DNA of 36,595 nucleotides from Candidatus Taenaricola geysiri. Lineage in GTDB: Bacteria; Omnitrophota; Gorgyraeia; Taenaricolales; Taenaricolaceae. Made by a program: the position numbers and the translations under genes. The stretch is from contig PFGP01000125.1 of the NCBI GenBank assembly GCA_002781985.1, positions 1 through 36,595 of the forward strand. The letters run 5' to 3'. How positions within the stretch are numbered: the stretch's first letter is position 1; every line of letters starts with the position of its first letter. Under the pieces are notes generated by a model. That model was not told the origin of the DNA. It saw nothing but the letters and a program-made list of their open reading frames with translations, and did not search any database. Positions 1 through 8,279 of this stretch are shown one piece after another.

Positions 1-276
1 CCGATAGCCGTAGCTTTGGGCGTGCCTATGTATGGCAGCTGCGCGGCTATAGTGCTTGTTGCGGTTGTGTTATTTAATAAGGGCGTTCCGCTTGGAACAG
101 CTTTGGCGTTTATGATGGCAGTAGTGGCCTTGAGTTTACCTGAGGCAATAATGTTAAGAAGGGCAATGAGGCTTCAGTTGATTCTGATATTTTTCGGTGT
201 AATAGCAGCAGCTATTATAATTACGGGTTATGTTTTTAATCTATTACAGCTAAGTATTTTAAGCAGTTCTTTGTAG
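1..276 (+). CDS. Predicted multi-pass permease (PF03773/DUF318-like), C-terminal fragment; the 5' end lies outside the window
   Basis: Frame 1 is open from position 1, so the listed TTG at 16 is probably internal. The translation is almost entirely hydrophobic helices ([27 protein letters not shown]). Family assignment is from motif memory only. Confidence 0.5.
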   Translation, partial: PIAVALGVPMYGSCAAIVLVAVVLFNKGVPLGTALAFMMAVVALSLPEAIMLRRAMRLQLILIFFGVIAAAIIITGYVFNLLQLSILSSSL

Positions 277-1190
277 GATTTTACCCTGCATATCTCTTCG
301 CGTAATCTCGTCGCATTTGGCACGCCTTTTAAATACCACATCATTACTTTAGCCATAAATCCTGTTTTGCAGGAGGCCGGTATATTCTTATATTTTTCTA
401 TCAAGCCCAGGTGTTCCTTTAGGGCTTTTTTCTTTGCTGCAAGTGACTGGGGCTTGGGAATTTTTCCTGTTTCAAGATAGTTTTTTATTTCTTTAAATAT
501 CCAGGGATTTCCCATCGCGCCTCTTGCTACTAATATGCCGTCAGAGCCTGTCTGGTCAAACATTTTTTTTGCAAGTACAACATTAAATATATTGCCGCTT
601 GCTATCACAGGTATGCTCAAAGCATTTTTTACAGCCCTTATCGACTCATAATCAATATCTCCGGAATACCCTTCTGACATTGTCCTGCCGTGTATGAATA
701 TAACCGATGCGCCGTTGTCCTGGCAGATCTTTGCGGTTTTTACGCAGTCCTGGATATTTTTTTTGTAAAAGCCTGTTCTTAATTTTACTGAAACAGGTAT
801 TTTAAGTTTAGACGATAGTTTTTTTATAATTTTACCAAGCTGCGCCGGGTTATTTAAGAGCGCTGCTCCGGCGCCTTTTTTTATGACTTTTTTTGCCGGG
901 CAGGCGCTATTTATATCAAGAGAAGACACCTTGGTAAACGTCAGTATCTTTTGCGCGGCATCAAGCATGGTAGAGGGTTCTGTGCCCAGTAGTTGAACTG
1001 ATATGGGCGAATCTTTTTTAATGGTTTTTAACATCTCATAGGTTTTTGGCCTGTGGTAGATCACTGATTTTGCGTCCAGCATTTCAAAAAAACAATGCTC
1101 TGCGCCGAATTTACGGCACATAACCCGAAAGCTTAAATCAGTCACGCCTGACATAGGCGCTAAAAAAATCTGCTTTTTCATGTTGATCAT
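228..1190 (-). CDS. dus: tRNA-dihydrouridine synthase
   Basis: 320 aa. It has the N-terminal [13 protein letters not shown] motif, a catalytic-Cys region (NSACPAKKV) and an FMN TIM-barrel pattern (IHGRT) typical of the Dus family. Confidence 0.9.
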   Translation of the reverse strand: MINMKKQIFLAPMSGVTDLSFRVMCRKFGAEHCFFEMLDAKSVIYHRPKTYEMLKTIKKDSPISVQLLGTEPSTMLDAAQKILTFTKVSSLDINSACPAKKVIKKGAGAALLNNPAQLGKIIKKLSSKLKIPVSVKLRTGFYKKNIQDCVKTAKICQDNGASVIFIHGRTMSEGYSGDIDYESIRAVKNALSIPVIASGNIFNVVLAKKMFDQTGSDGILVARGAMGNPWIFKEIKNYLETGKIPKPQSLAAKKKALKEHLGLIEKYKNIPASCKTGFMAKVMMWYLKGVPNATRLREEICRVKSYKELLKILSCNRLKT

Positions 1191-1236
1191 TATACTAGTT
1201 TATAGCCATAAAATAAAGGAAATTTCTTAATTTTGC

Positions 1237-1264
1237 TTGACAAATAATGATACAGTGGTATAAT
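1237..1264 (+). promoter_or_regulatory. Sigma-70-type promoter of csp
   Basis: TTGACA (1237-1242), a 16-nt spacer, then an extended -10 TGgTATAAT (TATAAT at 1259-1264). Confidence 0.7.
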
Positions 1265-1372
1265 AATTAACGTAGCAAATAAGAGATTAGAAGGTTAACC
1301 GCATGGTCGAACATCTAACCTTGCGGTTTTTTGCGATTTGCTATAATACATAAGAAATGGAGGTAACAAGTA
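1265..1372 (+). promoter_or_regulatory. Structured csp 5' UTR with a long-range closing helix and competing hairpins
   Basis: TAGCAAAT (1273-1280) pairs with ATTTGCTA (1336-1343). AACCGCA (1297-1303) pairs with TGCGGTT (1322-1328) and is followed by a T run. AAGGTTA (1291-1297) pairs with TAACCTT (1316-1322), which crosses the previous helix. GGAGG lies 9 nt before the ATG. Confidence 0.5.
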
Positions 1373-1573
1373 ATGGCGACAGGAACAGTAAAGTGGTTCA
1401 ATAATCAAAAAGGTTTTGGATTCATTACTCCGGAAAATGGCAATGATGTATTCGTGCATCATACAGCTATCAAAGGAGAGGGTTATAAGTCTTTAGAAGA
1501 AGGCCAGAAGGTCGAATTTGACATCGAAAAGGGACCTAAGGGCGAACAAGCTACAAACGTAGTTAAGATATAA
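1373..1573 (+). CDS. csp: Cold-shock protein, CspA family
   Basis: 66 aa with RNP1 (KGFGFI) and RNP2 (VFVHHTAI) motifs in a GTVKWFN context. Confidence 0.97.
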   Translation: MATGTVKWFNNQKGFGFITPENGNDVFVHHTAIKGEGYKSLEEGQKVEFDIEKGPKGEQATNVVKI

Positions 1574-1594
1574 CTTAAAATTAAGAAAATTTTA

Positions 1595-1631
1595 CCCTTT
1601 GCAGCAATTTTTGTTGCAGAGGGTTTTTATT
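1595..1631 (+). terminator. Intrinsic terminator after csp
   Basis: A 13-bp stem, CCCTTTGCAGCAA/TTGTTGCAGAGGG (two G.U pairs), followed by TTTTTATTT. Confidence 0.75.
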
Positions 1632-1648
1632 TGAGGTACAATAAGCCC

Positions 1649-2218
1649 ATGATTAATGACAATATAAGAGAAAGCGCGCAAAAAGCGGCAAAAGATTTTA
1701 AGGCATCATGGGTGGATTTAGGCCGGGTGCTTTATACTGTATATAAAGATAAGTTGTATAAAGAATGGGGCTTTACAGATTTTGATGCTTATACATCAAA
1801 AGAGATCCACATACGCAGGCAGACCGCGACCAAGCTTTTAAAGTCGTATTATTTTTTGGAGAATAAAGAGCCGAAGTATATTGAGTCGGCTCCAAGCGTT
1901 GAGTCAGTGGATTTTTTGCGCCGGGCGAGCATGAGAAAAGATTTGGATAAAGAGGATTACGTTGACCTGAAGAAAAAATTATTCGAGTCAGGTAAAGACG
2001 CATCCGAGGTGAAAAAAGGGCTTACCACTTTAATAAGAGAGCGCCAGGAGCTCGAGCCGAAAGAGGCGTGGGAACAAAAAAGGATCAAGGTCATAAAGCG
2101 CCTGCTCGGCACGTTGAAGTCATTAAGAACCGAGCTTAAGACAACCAAAGTTTTGCCTTCGGATGTGCTCAAGGAAACAGAGAAACTGATAAACAGACTG
2201 GAGTCAGAAGTTTCATAA
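1649..2218 (+). CDS. Hypothetical protein, helical and charged; possible HTH in the N-terminal half
   Basis: The ORF is open from the TTG at 1631, but that codon sits in the T run of the csp terminator, so the ATG at 1649 (MINDNIRE) is preferred. I recognise no family signature. Confidence 0.55.
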   Translation: MINDNIRESAQKAAKDFKASWVDLGRVLYTVYKDKLYKEWGFTDFDAYTSKEIHIRRQTATKLLKSYYFLENKEPKYIESAPSVESVDFLRRASMRKDLDKEDYVDLKKKLFESGKDASEVKKGLTTLIRERQELEPKEAWEQKRIKVIKRLLGTLKSLRTELKTTKVLPSDVLKETEKLINRLESEVS

Positions 2219-2253
2219 TTAGTAAATAATATGCAAAATTTTTCGAATGTTGT

Positions 2254-2291
2254 TTCTCTGCAATGAAAATACTTGCAGAGAATTTTTTTTT
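2254..2291 (+). terminator. Intrinsic terminator
   Basis: TTCTCTGCAA (2254-2263) pairs with TTGCAGAGAA (2273-2282), followed by 9 T. Confidence 0.8.
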
Positions 2292-2323
2292 GATGTAAAA
2301 TGAATATACTTAAAATTTTAAAA

Positions 2324-2424
2324 GGAAGTCCCTCGTCCCGAGACGCCATAACGCAAATAGTTGCGGCGAGGGACTCGGGACAAATTACAACTTAGAAAAA
2401 CTATGGTAATTTGGAGGCAAACGA
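2324..2424 (+). repeat. Two-hairpin intergenic leader element, copy 1 (extended-stem variant)
   Basis: GGAAG, then H1 at 2328-2381 (GTCCC/TC/GTCCC ... GGGAC/TC/GGGAC). H2 is CAAATTAC (2381-2388) paired with GTAATTTG (2406-2413). GGAGG is at 2413-2417 and the ATG at 2425. Confidence 0.8.
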
Positions 2425-3885
2425 ATGGATTTTAAAGGCAAGGTTTTGATAATTGGTTTCGGATCAGTGGCAAGATGTACTCTTCCAATTCTTCTTAAAC
2501 ATATTGATATCCCGTGTAAAAATATTACGGTTATAGATTTCGCCGACAAGCGCGATGATCTGAAATCCTGGATAGAAAAAGGGGTGAAGTATTTTCAGAC
2601 AAGGATTACGCCCGGCAATCTGGCCGAGGAATTATCTAAACACGTTTCCAGCGGCGGGCTTATTATAGATTTGGCATGGAATATAAGCTGCGATGAAATA
2701 GTAACATGGTGCCATGACAATAATGTGCTTTATGCAAATACCTCTGTTGAAGAATGGGATCCGTATCGGGATATTGATAAAAAGGACCCGTATAAAAAGT
2801 CGCTTTATTTCCGCCAGATACTTTTGAGAAAAATGTTTTCAAAATTCAGCAGGCCTGCAACGACGTTTGTGGTAGATCACGGAGCAAACCCGGGCCTGAT
2901 TTCACATTTTACCAAAAAAGGCCTTGTTGATATAGCCGAAAAGGCGGTCAAGGACTCGGATACCGGCAAGAAAACACAAAAGGCGCTGGAGGATTTATTA
3001 AAACAGGGGCATTCAGACGAGAAATATGCGCGCCTTGCAATGGAATTGGGCGTTAAGGTTATACATTGCAGCGAACGCGATACCCAGATAACCGACAAGC
3101 CGAAAGAGGTGGATGAATTTGTCGGCACATGGTCTATAGAGGGTTTAAGGGAAGAGGGCACAGCACCAGCAGAGCTTGGATGGGGCACGCATGAGAAAAA
3201 GCTCCCACGTTACGCGCATGTGCCTAAAGAGGGCCCGAGAAACCAGATTTTTCTTTCCCAGATGGGGATGAATACATGGGTGCGTTCATGGGTGCCAAAT
3301 TTTGATATAATAGGTATGGTGATAAGGCATGCGGAGGCATTTAGTATTTCCAACAGGCTTACGGTATGGAAAGGCAAAAAAGCGGTTTACAGGCCAACCG
3401 TGCATTATGCTTACATGCCTTGTGATGAAACATTAGTTTCTTTGTATGAGCTCAGGGCCAAAAATTACCAGTTACAGCCCAAGCTGCGCATTATGAGCGA
3501 TGAAATAACAAAGGGCGAGGATATACTGGGCGCTCTTATTATGGGGCACAAATATAATTCCTGGTGGACAGGAAGCATATTGAGCATTGATGAGTCAAGA
3601 AAGATTGTTCCTCATCAGAATGCCACTACAATGCAGGTCGCGACAGGGATGGTTACGGCTGTTATGTGGATGATAGAAAATCCTCACAGGGGTTTTTGCC
3701 TTCCCGATGATTTACCCTATGACTACGTGTTGAAGATAGCAAAACCTTATCTGGGAAAGCTTGTTTCACAGGCGTCGGACTGGACGCCGCTTAAGAATTA
3801 CCGGATTTTTTTCAAGGAAAACCCCAGATCATACCTGGATGAGAAAAATATATGGTGTTTTGATAATTTCCTTTTCAGGGACTAA
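2425..3885 (+). CDS. hss: Homospermidine synthase
   Basis: 486 aa. The N-terminal Rossmann motif (IIGFGSVARCTLP) and the length match bacterial HSS (saccharopine-dehydrogenase-like). An ornithine decarboxylase gene follows 11 nt later. Confidence 0.8.
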   Translation: MDFKGKVLIIGFGSVARCTLPILLKHIDIPCKNITVIDFADKRDDLKSWIEKGVKYFQTRITPGNLAEELSKHVSSGGLIIDLAWNISCDEIVTWCHDNNVLYANTSVEEWDPYRDIDKKDPYKKSLYFRQILLRKMFSKFSRPATTFVVDHGANPGLISHFTKKGLVDIAEKAVKDSDTGKKTQKALEDLLKQGHSDEKYARLAMELGVKVIHCSERDTQITDKPKEVDEFVGTWSIEGLREEGTAPAELGWGTHEKKLPRYAHVPKEGPRNQIFLSQMGMNTWVRSWVPNFDIIGMVIRHAEAFSISNRLTVWKGKKAVYRPTVHYAYMPCDETLVSLYELRAKNYQLQPKLRIMSDEITKGEDILGALIMGHKYNSWWTGSILSIDESRKIVPHQNATTMQVATGMVTAVMWMIENPHRGFCLPDDLPYDYVLKIAKPYLGKLVSQASDWTPLKNYRIFFKENPRSYLDEKNIWCFDNFLFRD

Positions 3886-3896
3886 ACAGGCATATT

Positions 3897-5048
3897 ATGG
3901 CAAAGACTTCGCGAAAATGGCTCAGGCGGCTTGAAAATATGGCGCGCAGGCATAAGACGCCTGTTTTTGTGCTGGATCATGAAAAGATACGCCAGAATTA
4001 TAAAGAGTTTAAAGAGAGCCTGCCCCGCATCCAGGCGTATTATGCCGTAAAGGCTAATTCCAATCCTGAGATAGTCAAAACTCTTTATAAGATGGGCGCC
4101 AGTTTTGATGTAGCGTCGTTTCCTGAATTTATGACAGCGTATCAGAATATAAAGCGCCTTGGCAAAAAAAGGCGGCAGGATTTTATTTGGGACAAGATTA
4201 TTTACGCCAACACTATAAAATGTATCGAAACATTGCGTAAGCTTGACCAGTATAAGCCGCTTGTCACCTATGATAATATTTATGAGCTTAAAAAGATAAA
4301 AAGATACTGCCCGCACGCAGGGCTTGTATTAAGGATAAAGGTGCCAAATACAGGTTCTATGGTGGAACTTTCGTCCAAGTTTGGCGTTGATCCCGGCGAG
4401 GCAGTGGATCTTATACTTGAAAGTTTTAAAGCCGGGCTTGTGGTCGAGGGCATAAGTTTTCATGTGGGAAGCCAGTGCAATAATTTTGAAAATTATATGC
4501 AGGCCCTGCAGCTGTCCGCCTCTATATTAAAAGAAGCAGAGTCCCGAGGGCACAAAATAAATATACTTGATATAGGCGGCGGTTTTCCTGTAAGATATAA
4601 CAGCAAGGCAAAGTCATTTAAAGTGCTTGCCAAGAAATTGAACGCAGAAATTGACCGGCTTTTCCCCAAAACAATAGAGATACTTGCAGAACCCGGCAGA
4701 TTTATGGTGGCAAACGCAGCCACCCTTGTTACCAGGATTATAGGAAAAGCCATCCGGGATTCAAAGATATGCTATTACCTGGATGATGGCGTGTATCATA
4801 CGTTTTCAGGGATAGTTTTTGATCATTGCCAGTATCCTTTAAAGGCATTTAAAGATGGCGAAAAAAAGGTATGCGCGGTTTTTGGTCCTACATGTGACGC
4901 GTTTGATACTATCTCAGTCGCTGAGGCGCTGCCTGAACTTGAGATAGGCGATTATCTTTATGCTGAGAATATCGGCGCCTACAGTATCGCTTCATCAACG
5001 TATTTCAACGGTTTTCCTCCGGCAAAAATAGTCCACATAAACAAATAA
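3897..5048 (+). CDS. Ornithine (Orn/Lys) decarboxylase, PLP fold type III
   Basis: 383 aa with the PLP-lysine motif YYAVKANSNPEIV and the GGGFPV, EPGRFMVA and GPTCDAFD motifs of the Orn/DAP/Arg decarboxylase family. Confidence 0.85.
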   Translation: MAKTSRKWLRRLENMARRHKTPVFVLDHEKIRQNYKEFKESLPRIQAYYAVKANSNPEIVKTLYKMGASFDVASFPEFMTAYQNIKRLGKKRRQDFIWDKIIYANTIKCIETLRKLDQYKPLVTYDNIYELKKIKRYCPHAGLVLRIKVPNTGSMVELSSKFGVDPGEAVDLILESFKAGLVVEGISFHVGSQCNNFENYMQALQLSASILKEAESRGHKINILDIGGGFPVRYNSKAKSFKVLAKKLNAEIDRLFPKTIEILAEPGRFMVANAATLVTRIIGKAIRDSKICYYLDDGVYHTFSGIVFDHCQYPLKAFKDGEKKVCAVFGPTCDAFDTISVAEALPELEIGDYLYAENIGAYSIASSTYFNGFPPAKIVHINK

Positions 5049-5083
5049 AATACGCGTAAATTTTTACAATTTTAAAGATAAAA

Positions 5084-5112
5084 TTGACAACCCCCACGCA
5101 GGCATGTATACT
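5084..5112 (+). promoter_or_regulatory. Sigma-70-type promoter of pit (near-leaderless)
   Basis: TTGACA (5084-5089), a 17-nt spacer, then TATACT (5107-5112). The ATG at 5123 is only 10 nt after the -10 element and there is no SD. Confidence 0.6.
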
Positions 5113-5122
5113 ATAAAATAAT

Positions 5123-6097
5123 ATGCATTTATTTATAATAGCCATAACAATATTGATGGGCATAGCCGTTGGCTGGTCCATAGGGGCCAATGATGCTGCC
5201 AATTCTTTAGGGGTTGCCGTTGGTTCGCGCGTATTGACATTTCGCCAGGCTATCCTTTTAATATGCATATTCGGTTTTTTAGGGGCATATTTTAACGGGG
5301 CGCATGTTATAAAGACCGTAGGTAAAGGCATCGTGCCTTTGGATCAACTTGATAAAAATATAGCATTATATGTGGCTCTTGTGGCGTCTTTTGGCGCATG
5401 CGCGTGGGTAGCGCTTGCAACGCATTGGAAGATGCCTATTTCAACCAGTCATTCTATAGTAGGCGCTGTAGCAGGCGCAGGCCTTGCCGTACACGCGCCT
5501 ATAAGCTGGAAAGTGCTTTTCGATGTTTTTATGTGCTGGATCCTGACGCCTGTGGGCGCGGCAATTATGGGTTTTGTAATATGTATCATCGTTAAAAATA
5601 CATTTTACAGGATAGTGCCGCGAAGGTTCGCGCGCCCGATATTAGTGTTTCTTGTTATAACAAGCGGATGCTATGTTGCCTTTACATGGGGCGCAAATGA
5701 CGTTGCAAATTGCGTAGGCGTGATTTCAGGCGCAGGCATACTTTCCATAAACAGCAGTATTATTTTGGGCATAATGGCAATACTATTTGGAATAATTACA
5801 TTGGGCTATAAGGTTATACAGACAGTTGGTTCTGAAATAACCAACCTTGTGCCTGTTATGGCATTTTCAGCGCAGCTTGCAAGCGCGCTTAATGTTCATA
5901 TATATACTTTGTTTGGAATACCTGTTTCTACAAGCCATTCTATTGTAGGCGCAATATTTGGCGTAGGCATGGTAAGGGGCCTGCGTGTTTTGAATATAAA
6001 GATTCTAAAAAATATAATAATATCGTGGATAGCAACGCCGTTTGTTTCAGGAGTGGTGAGTTTTTCTGTTTTAAAGGGAATAATGTTGTTTAAATAG
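5123..6097 (+). CDS. pit: Inorganic phosphate transporter, PiT (PHO4) family
   Basis: 324 aa, multi-TM, with the duplicated GANDAANS / GANDVANC signature. Confidence 0.9.
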   Translation: MHLFIIAITILMGIAVGWSIGANDAANSLGVAVGSRVLTFRQAILLICIFGFLGAYFNGAHVIKTVGKGIVPLDQLDKNIALYVALVASFGACAWVALATHWKMPISTSHSIVGAVAGAGLAVHAPISWKVLFDVFMCWILTPVGAAIMGFVICIIVKNTFYRIVPRRFARPILVFLVITSGCYVAFTWGANDVANCVGVISGAGILSINSSIILGIMAILFGIITLGYKVIQTVGSEITNLVPVMAFSAQLASALNVHIYTLFGIPVSTSHSIVGAIFGVGMVRGLRVLNIKILKNIIISWIATPFVSGVVSFSVLKGIMLFK

Positions 6098-6206
6098 TCC
6101 CTCGCCGCTAAACGTGATTAGAGGCGGTTCGGGACAAATTTTTGCCGAACACGGCATCCCGTGAACGGGACAAATCGAGATAGCTAGAAAAATTTGGAGG
6201 CGTAAA
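6097..6206 (+). repeat. Two-hairpin intergenic leader element, copy 2 (long form with 27-nt insert)
   Basis: H1 at 6097-6135 overlaps the pit stop codon. The insert at 6144-6170 contains two mutually exclusive small hairpins. H2 is CAAATTTTT (6135-6143) paired with AAAAATTTG (6188-6196). GGAGG is at 6196-6200 and the ATG at 6207. Confidence 0.8.
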
Positions 6207-6875
6207 ATGAAAGAGATGAGAAATATTTTGGGATGGCTGGGCATGGCCGAGGAACACGCTATAATGCAGGATGCGCAAAAACACGTCGACGAAACCTATA
6301 AGACAGTCACGCATTTTTCAGACGCGGTAAACGCGTTTATAAAAGGCGATCTGAATGCAAAGACAGTAGCTATAGAGAAGACCGGTGAAAGCGAACACCT
6401 TGCCGATATATTGCGTTCAAAAATGGTAAGGGAACTTTCAGAAAGCCTTATAGCTCCGCCTGACAGGGAAGACTTTATGCATTTTGTAAATACGCTGGAT
6501 AAGATAGCTGACTGGACAAACGGTTCGGCAAGACTTTTAGGTTTCATTGAAGTAAAACTTTCGGAAGACATCCTGAAAAATATTTTTGTTTCTACTGAGT
6601 TGATCGTGACTTCCATAACAAGATTAAAAGAGGCGATACAGAGTATTATCAAAAATGATTTAAAAAAGGCGCTTACAGATTGTGAAGAAGTGGACCGTAT
6701 TGAACATAATGCCGATGATCAGAAAAGGATATTGATAGGATGTATAATACATGCCAAGCTTGACCCGCCGACATTGCTTTTGAGTTATCAGCTTGCCGAA
6801 TATTTAGAAGGTGTAACAGACAAGATAGAAGACGCGGCTGATTTTATAAAAGTAGTAGCTATAAGGTCCAAATAA
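6207..6875 (+). CDS. DUF47 / PhoU-like phosphate-transport-associated protein
   Basis: A 222-aa helical protein adjacent to PiT, which is the classic PiT-DUF47 gene pair. The assignment rests on context plus general sequence character. Confidence 0.7.
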   Translation: MKEMRNILGWLGMAEEHAIMQDAQKHVDETYKTVTHFSDAVNAFIKGDLNAKTVAIEKTGESEHLADILRSKMVRELSESLIAPPDREDFMHFVNTLDKIADWTNGSARLLGFIEVKLSEDILKNIFVSTELIVTSITRLKEAIQSIIKNDLKKALTDCEEVDRIEHNADDQKRILIGCIIHAKLDPPTLLLSYQLAEYLEGVTDKIEDAADFIKVVAIRSK

Positions 6876-6882
6876 AAAAAAT

Positions 6883-7668
6883 ATGAATATTTATGAGTTG
6901 CTGGAAAAAGTCCGGAGTCAGAAACCGGTGGTGCATCATTTGACTAATTGGGTTACTATTTATGACTGTGCCCAGATTGTCAAATCTTTGGGCGCATCCC
7001 CTGTTATGGCGCATGCCAAAGAGGAAGTTGCTCAAATGGCTCAAATAGCGTCGGCGCTTGTGCTTAACATAGGCACGCTTACGCCTGATTTTGTGGAGGC
7101 AATGAAGTTGGCTGCAAAAAGCGCCAATAAGAAGGGTATCCCTGTGGTGTTGGATGTATGCGGCGCAGGGGCCACTGAATTACGCGATAAAAAAGCTTTA
7201 GAGCTTTTAAATGAAGCCAGGATTGATATTATAAAAGGAAACTCCTCGGAGATTGCAAGGGTTGCAGGCGAAAACGTAATGACAAAAGGCGTTGATGCAG
7301 GCAACGTAGAAAAGGATCTGATAATTGTTGCTAAAAACCTGGCAAAAAAATATAATTGCACAGTTGTGATAACAGGCAAGGAAGATATTGTAACTGATCC
7401 GAACAAGGTTTATATAGTAAAAAACGGCCACCAAATGATGACGCATGTGGTTGGCACAGGATGCATGGCAGCTTCTGTAATAGGCGCATTTAGCGCAGTT
7501 GAAAAAGATTTGGCCTTGGCTTCTGCGGCAGCGCTTTCGTGCTTTGGTATAGCAGCGGAATGCGCAGCGGCTAAATCCAAAGGACCGATGGAGTTTAAGC
7601 AGAATATTTTTGATTGTATCTATTTGCTGGATAAAGATACTATCAGCAAGATGCAAAAAACAGCATGA
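6883..7668 (+). CDS. thiM: Hydroxyethylthiazole kinase
   Basis: 261 aa. The PVVHHLTNWVT...GASPVMA and VVGTGC motifs are typical of ThiM. Confidence 0.9.
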   Translation: MNIYELLEKVRSQKPVVHHLTNWVTIYDCAQIVKSLGASPVMAHAKEEVAQMAQIASALVLNIGTLTPDFVEAMKLAAKSANKKGIPVVLDVCGAGATELRDKKALELLNEARIDIIKGNSSEIARVAGENVMTKGVDAGNVEKDLIIVAKNLAKKYNCTVVITGKEDIVTDPNKVYIVKNGHQMMTHVVGTGCMAASVIGAFSAVEKDLALASAAALSCFGIAAECAAAKSKGPMEFKQNIFDCIYLLDKDTISKMQKTA

Positions 7669-8279
7669 TAAAGGGCTATTATTTTATAACCGATTCCGGT
7701 ATAAGTCGTAAAGGCAATGTCAGTGATGTAAAAAACGCCGTTAGGGCGGGTGTAAAGGTAATCCAGTACAGAAATAAAAACATAGATTCAGGAGTTTTGT
7801 ACAGAGAGGCGTTGAAATTAAGAAAGATTGTCAAAAAGGCAGTGTTTCTTATCAATGACAGGGCGGATATTGCTTTGGCTGTTGGCGCCGACGGTGTTCA
7901 TATAGGCCAGTCAGATCTGCCTTATGAAAAAGCAAGAAAGATTTTAGGAAAAAATAAGATTATTGGCGTTACCGCGCATAATGTCAAAGAGGCAATGGCT
8001 GCAGAGCGCGCAGGAGCTGATTATCTGGGCGTTTCACCGGTTTTCGCCACAAGGACAAAAAAAGACGCAGGCTTTGCTGCAGGTATTGATATTATAAAGA
8101 AGATAAAAAAGCGCGTTAAAATTCCGGTTGTTGCTATAGGCGGCATAAATTTATCAAACGCAAAGAGTGTTGTTGATGCGGGCGCTGATAGTTTATGCGC
8201 CATATCAGCGGTGGTTACCAGAAAAGATGTAAAAAGGGAAATAGAAAAGTTTCAGGCATTATTTAAAGAGAGGTTTTAG
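7665..8279 (+). CDS. thiE: Thiamine-phosphate synthase
   Basis: 204 aa with YFITD, NDRADIAL..GADGVHIGQSDLP and VVAIGGI motifs. It overlaps the thiM stop by 4 nt. Confidence 0.9.
   Translation: MIKGYYFITDSGISRKGNVSDVKNAVRAGVKVIQYRNKNIDSGVLYREALKLRKIVKKAVFLINDRADIALAVGADGVHIGQSDLPYEKARKILGKNKIIGVTAHNVKEAMAAERAGADYLGVSPVFATRTKKDAGFAAGIDIIKKIKKRVKIPVVAIGGINLSNAKSVVDAGADSLCAISAVVTRKDVKREIEKFQALFKERF

Noticed and set aside
228-276. 49-nt convergent overlap between the permease fragment and the dus 3' end.
   Set aside because: This is probably just relaxed C-terminal tails of two convergent genes. No structure or repeat is visible in the overlap, and it cannot be evaluated further without orthologue alignments.
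5398-5595. 65-aa plus-strand ORF (Arg/Cys-rich) inside pit.
   Set aside because: It is an alternative frame within a clear PiT transporter gene, with no initiation signals.
6108-6314. Minus-strand ORFs sharing the peptide motif ..LSRSRDAVFGK.LSR.AS.. (6108-6314 and 30527-30748). Related ones lie at 11859-12095 and 31896-32186.
   Set aside because: The shared peptide is simply the reverse-strand translation of the repeated leader element. The ORFs have no SD and overlap well-supported plus-strand genes at both ends.
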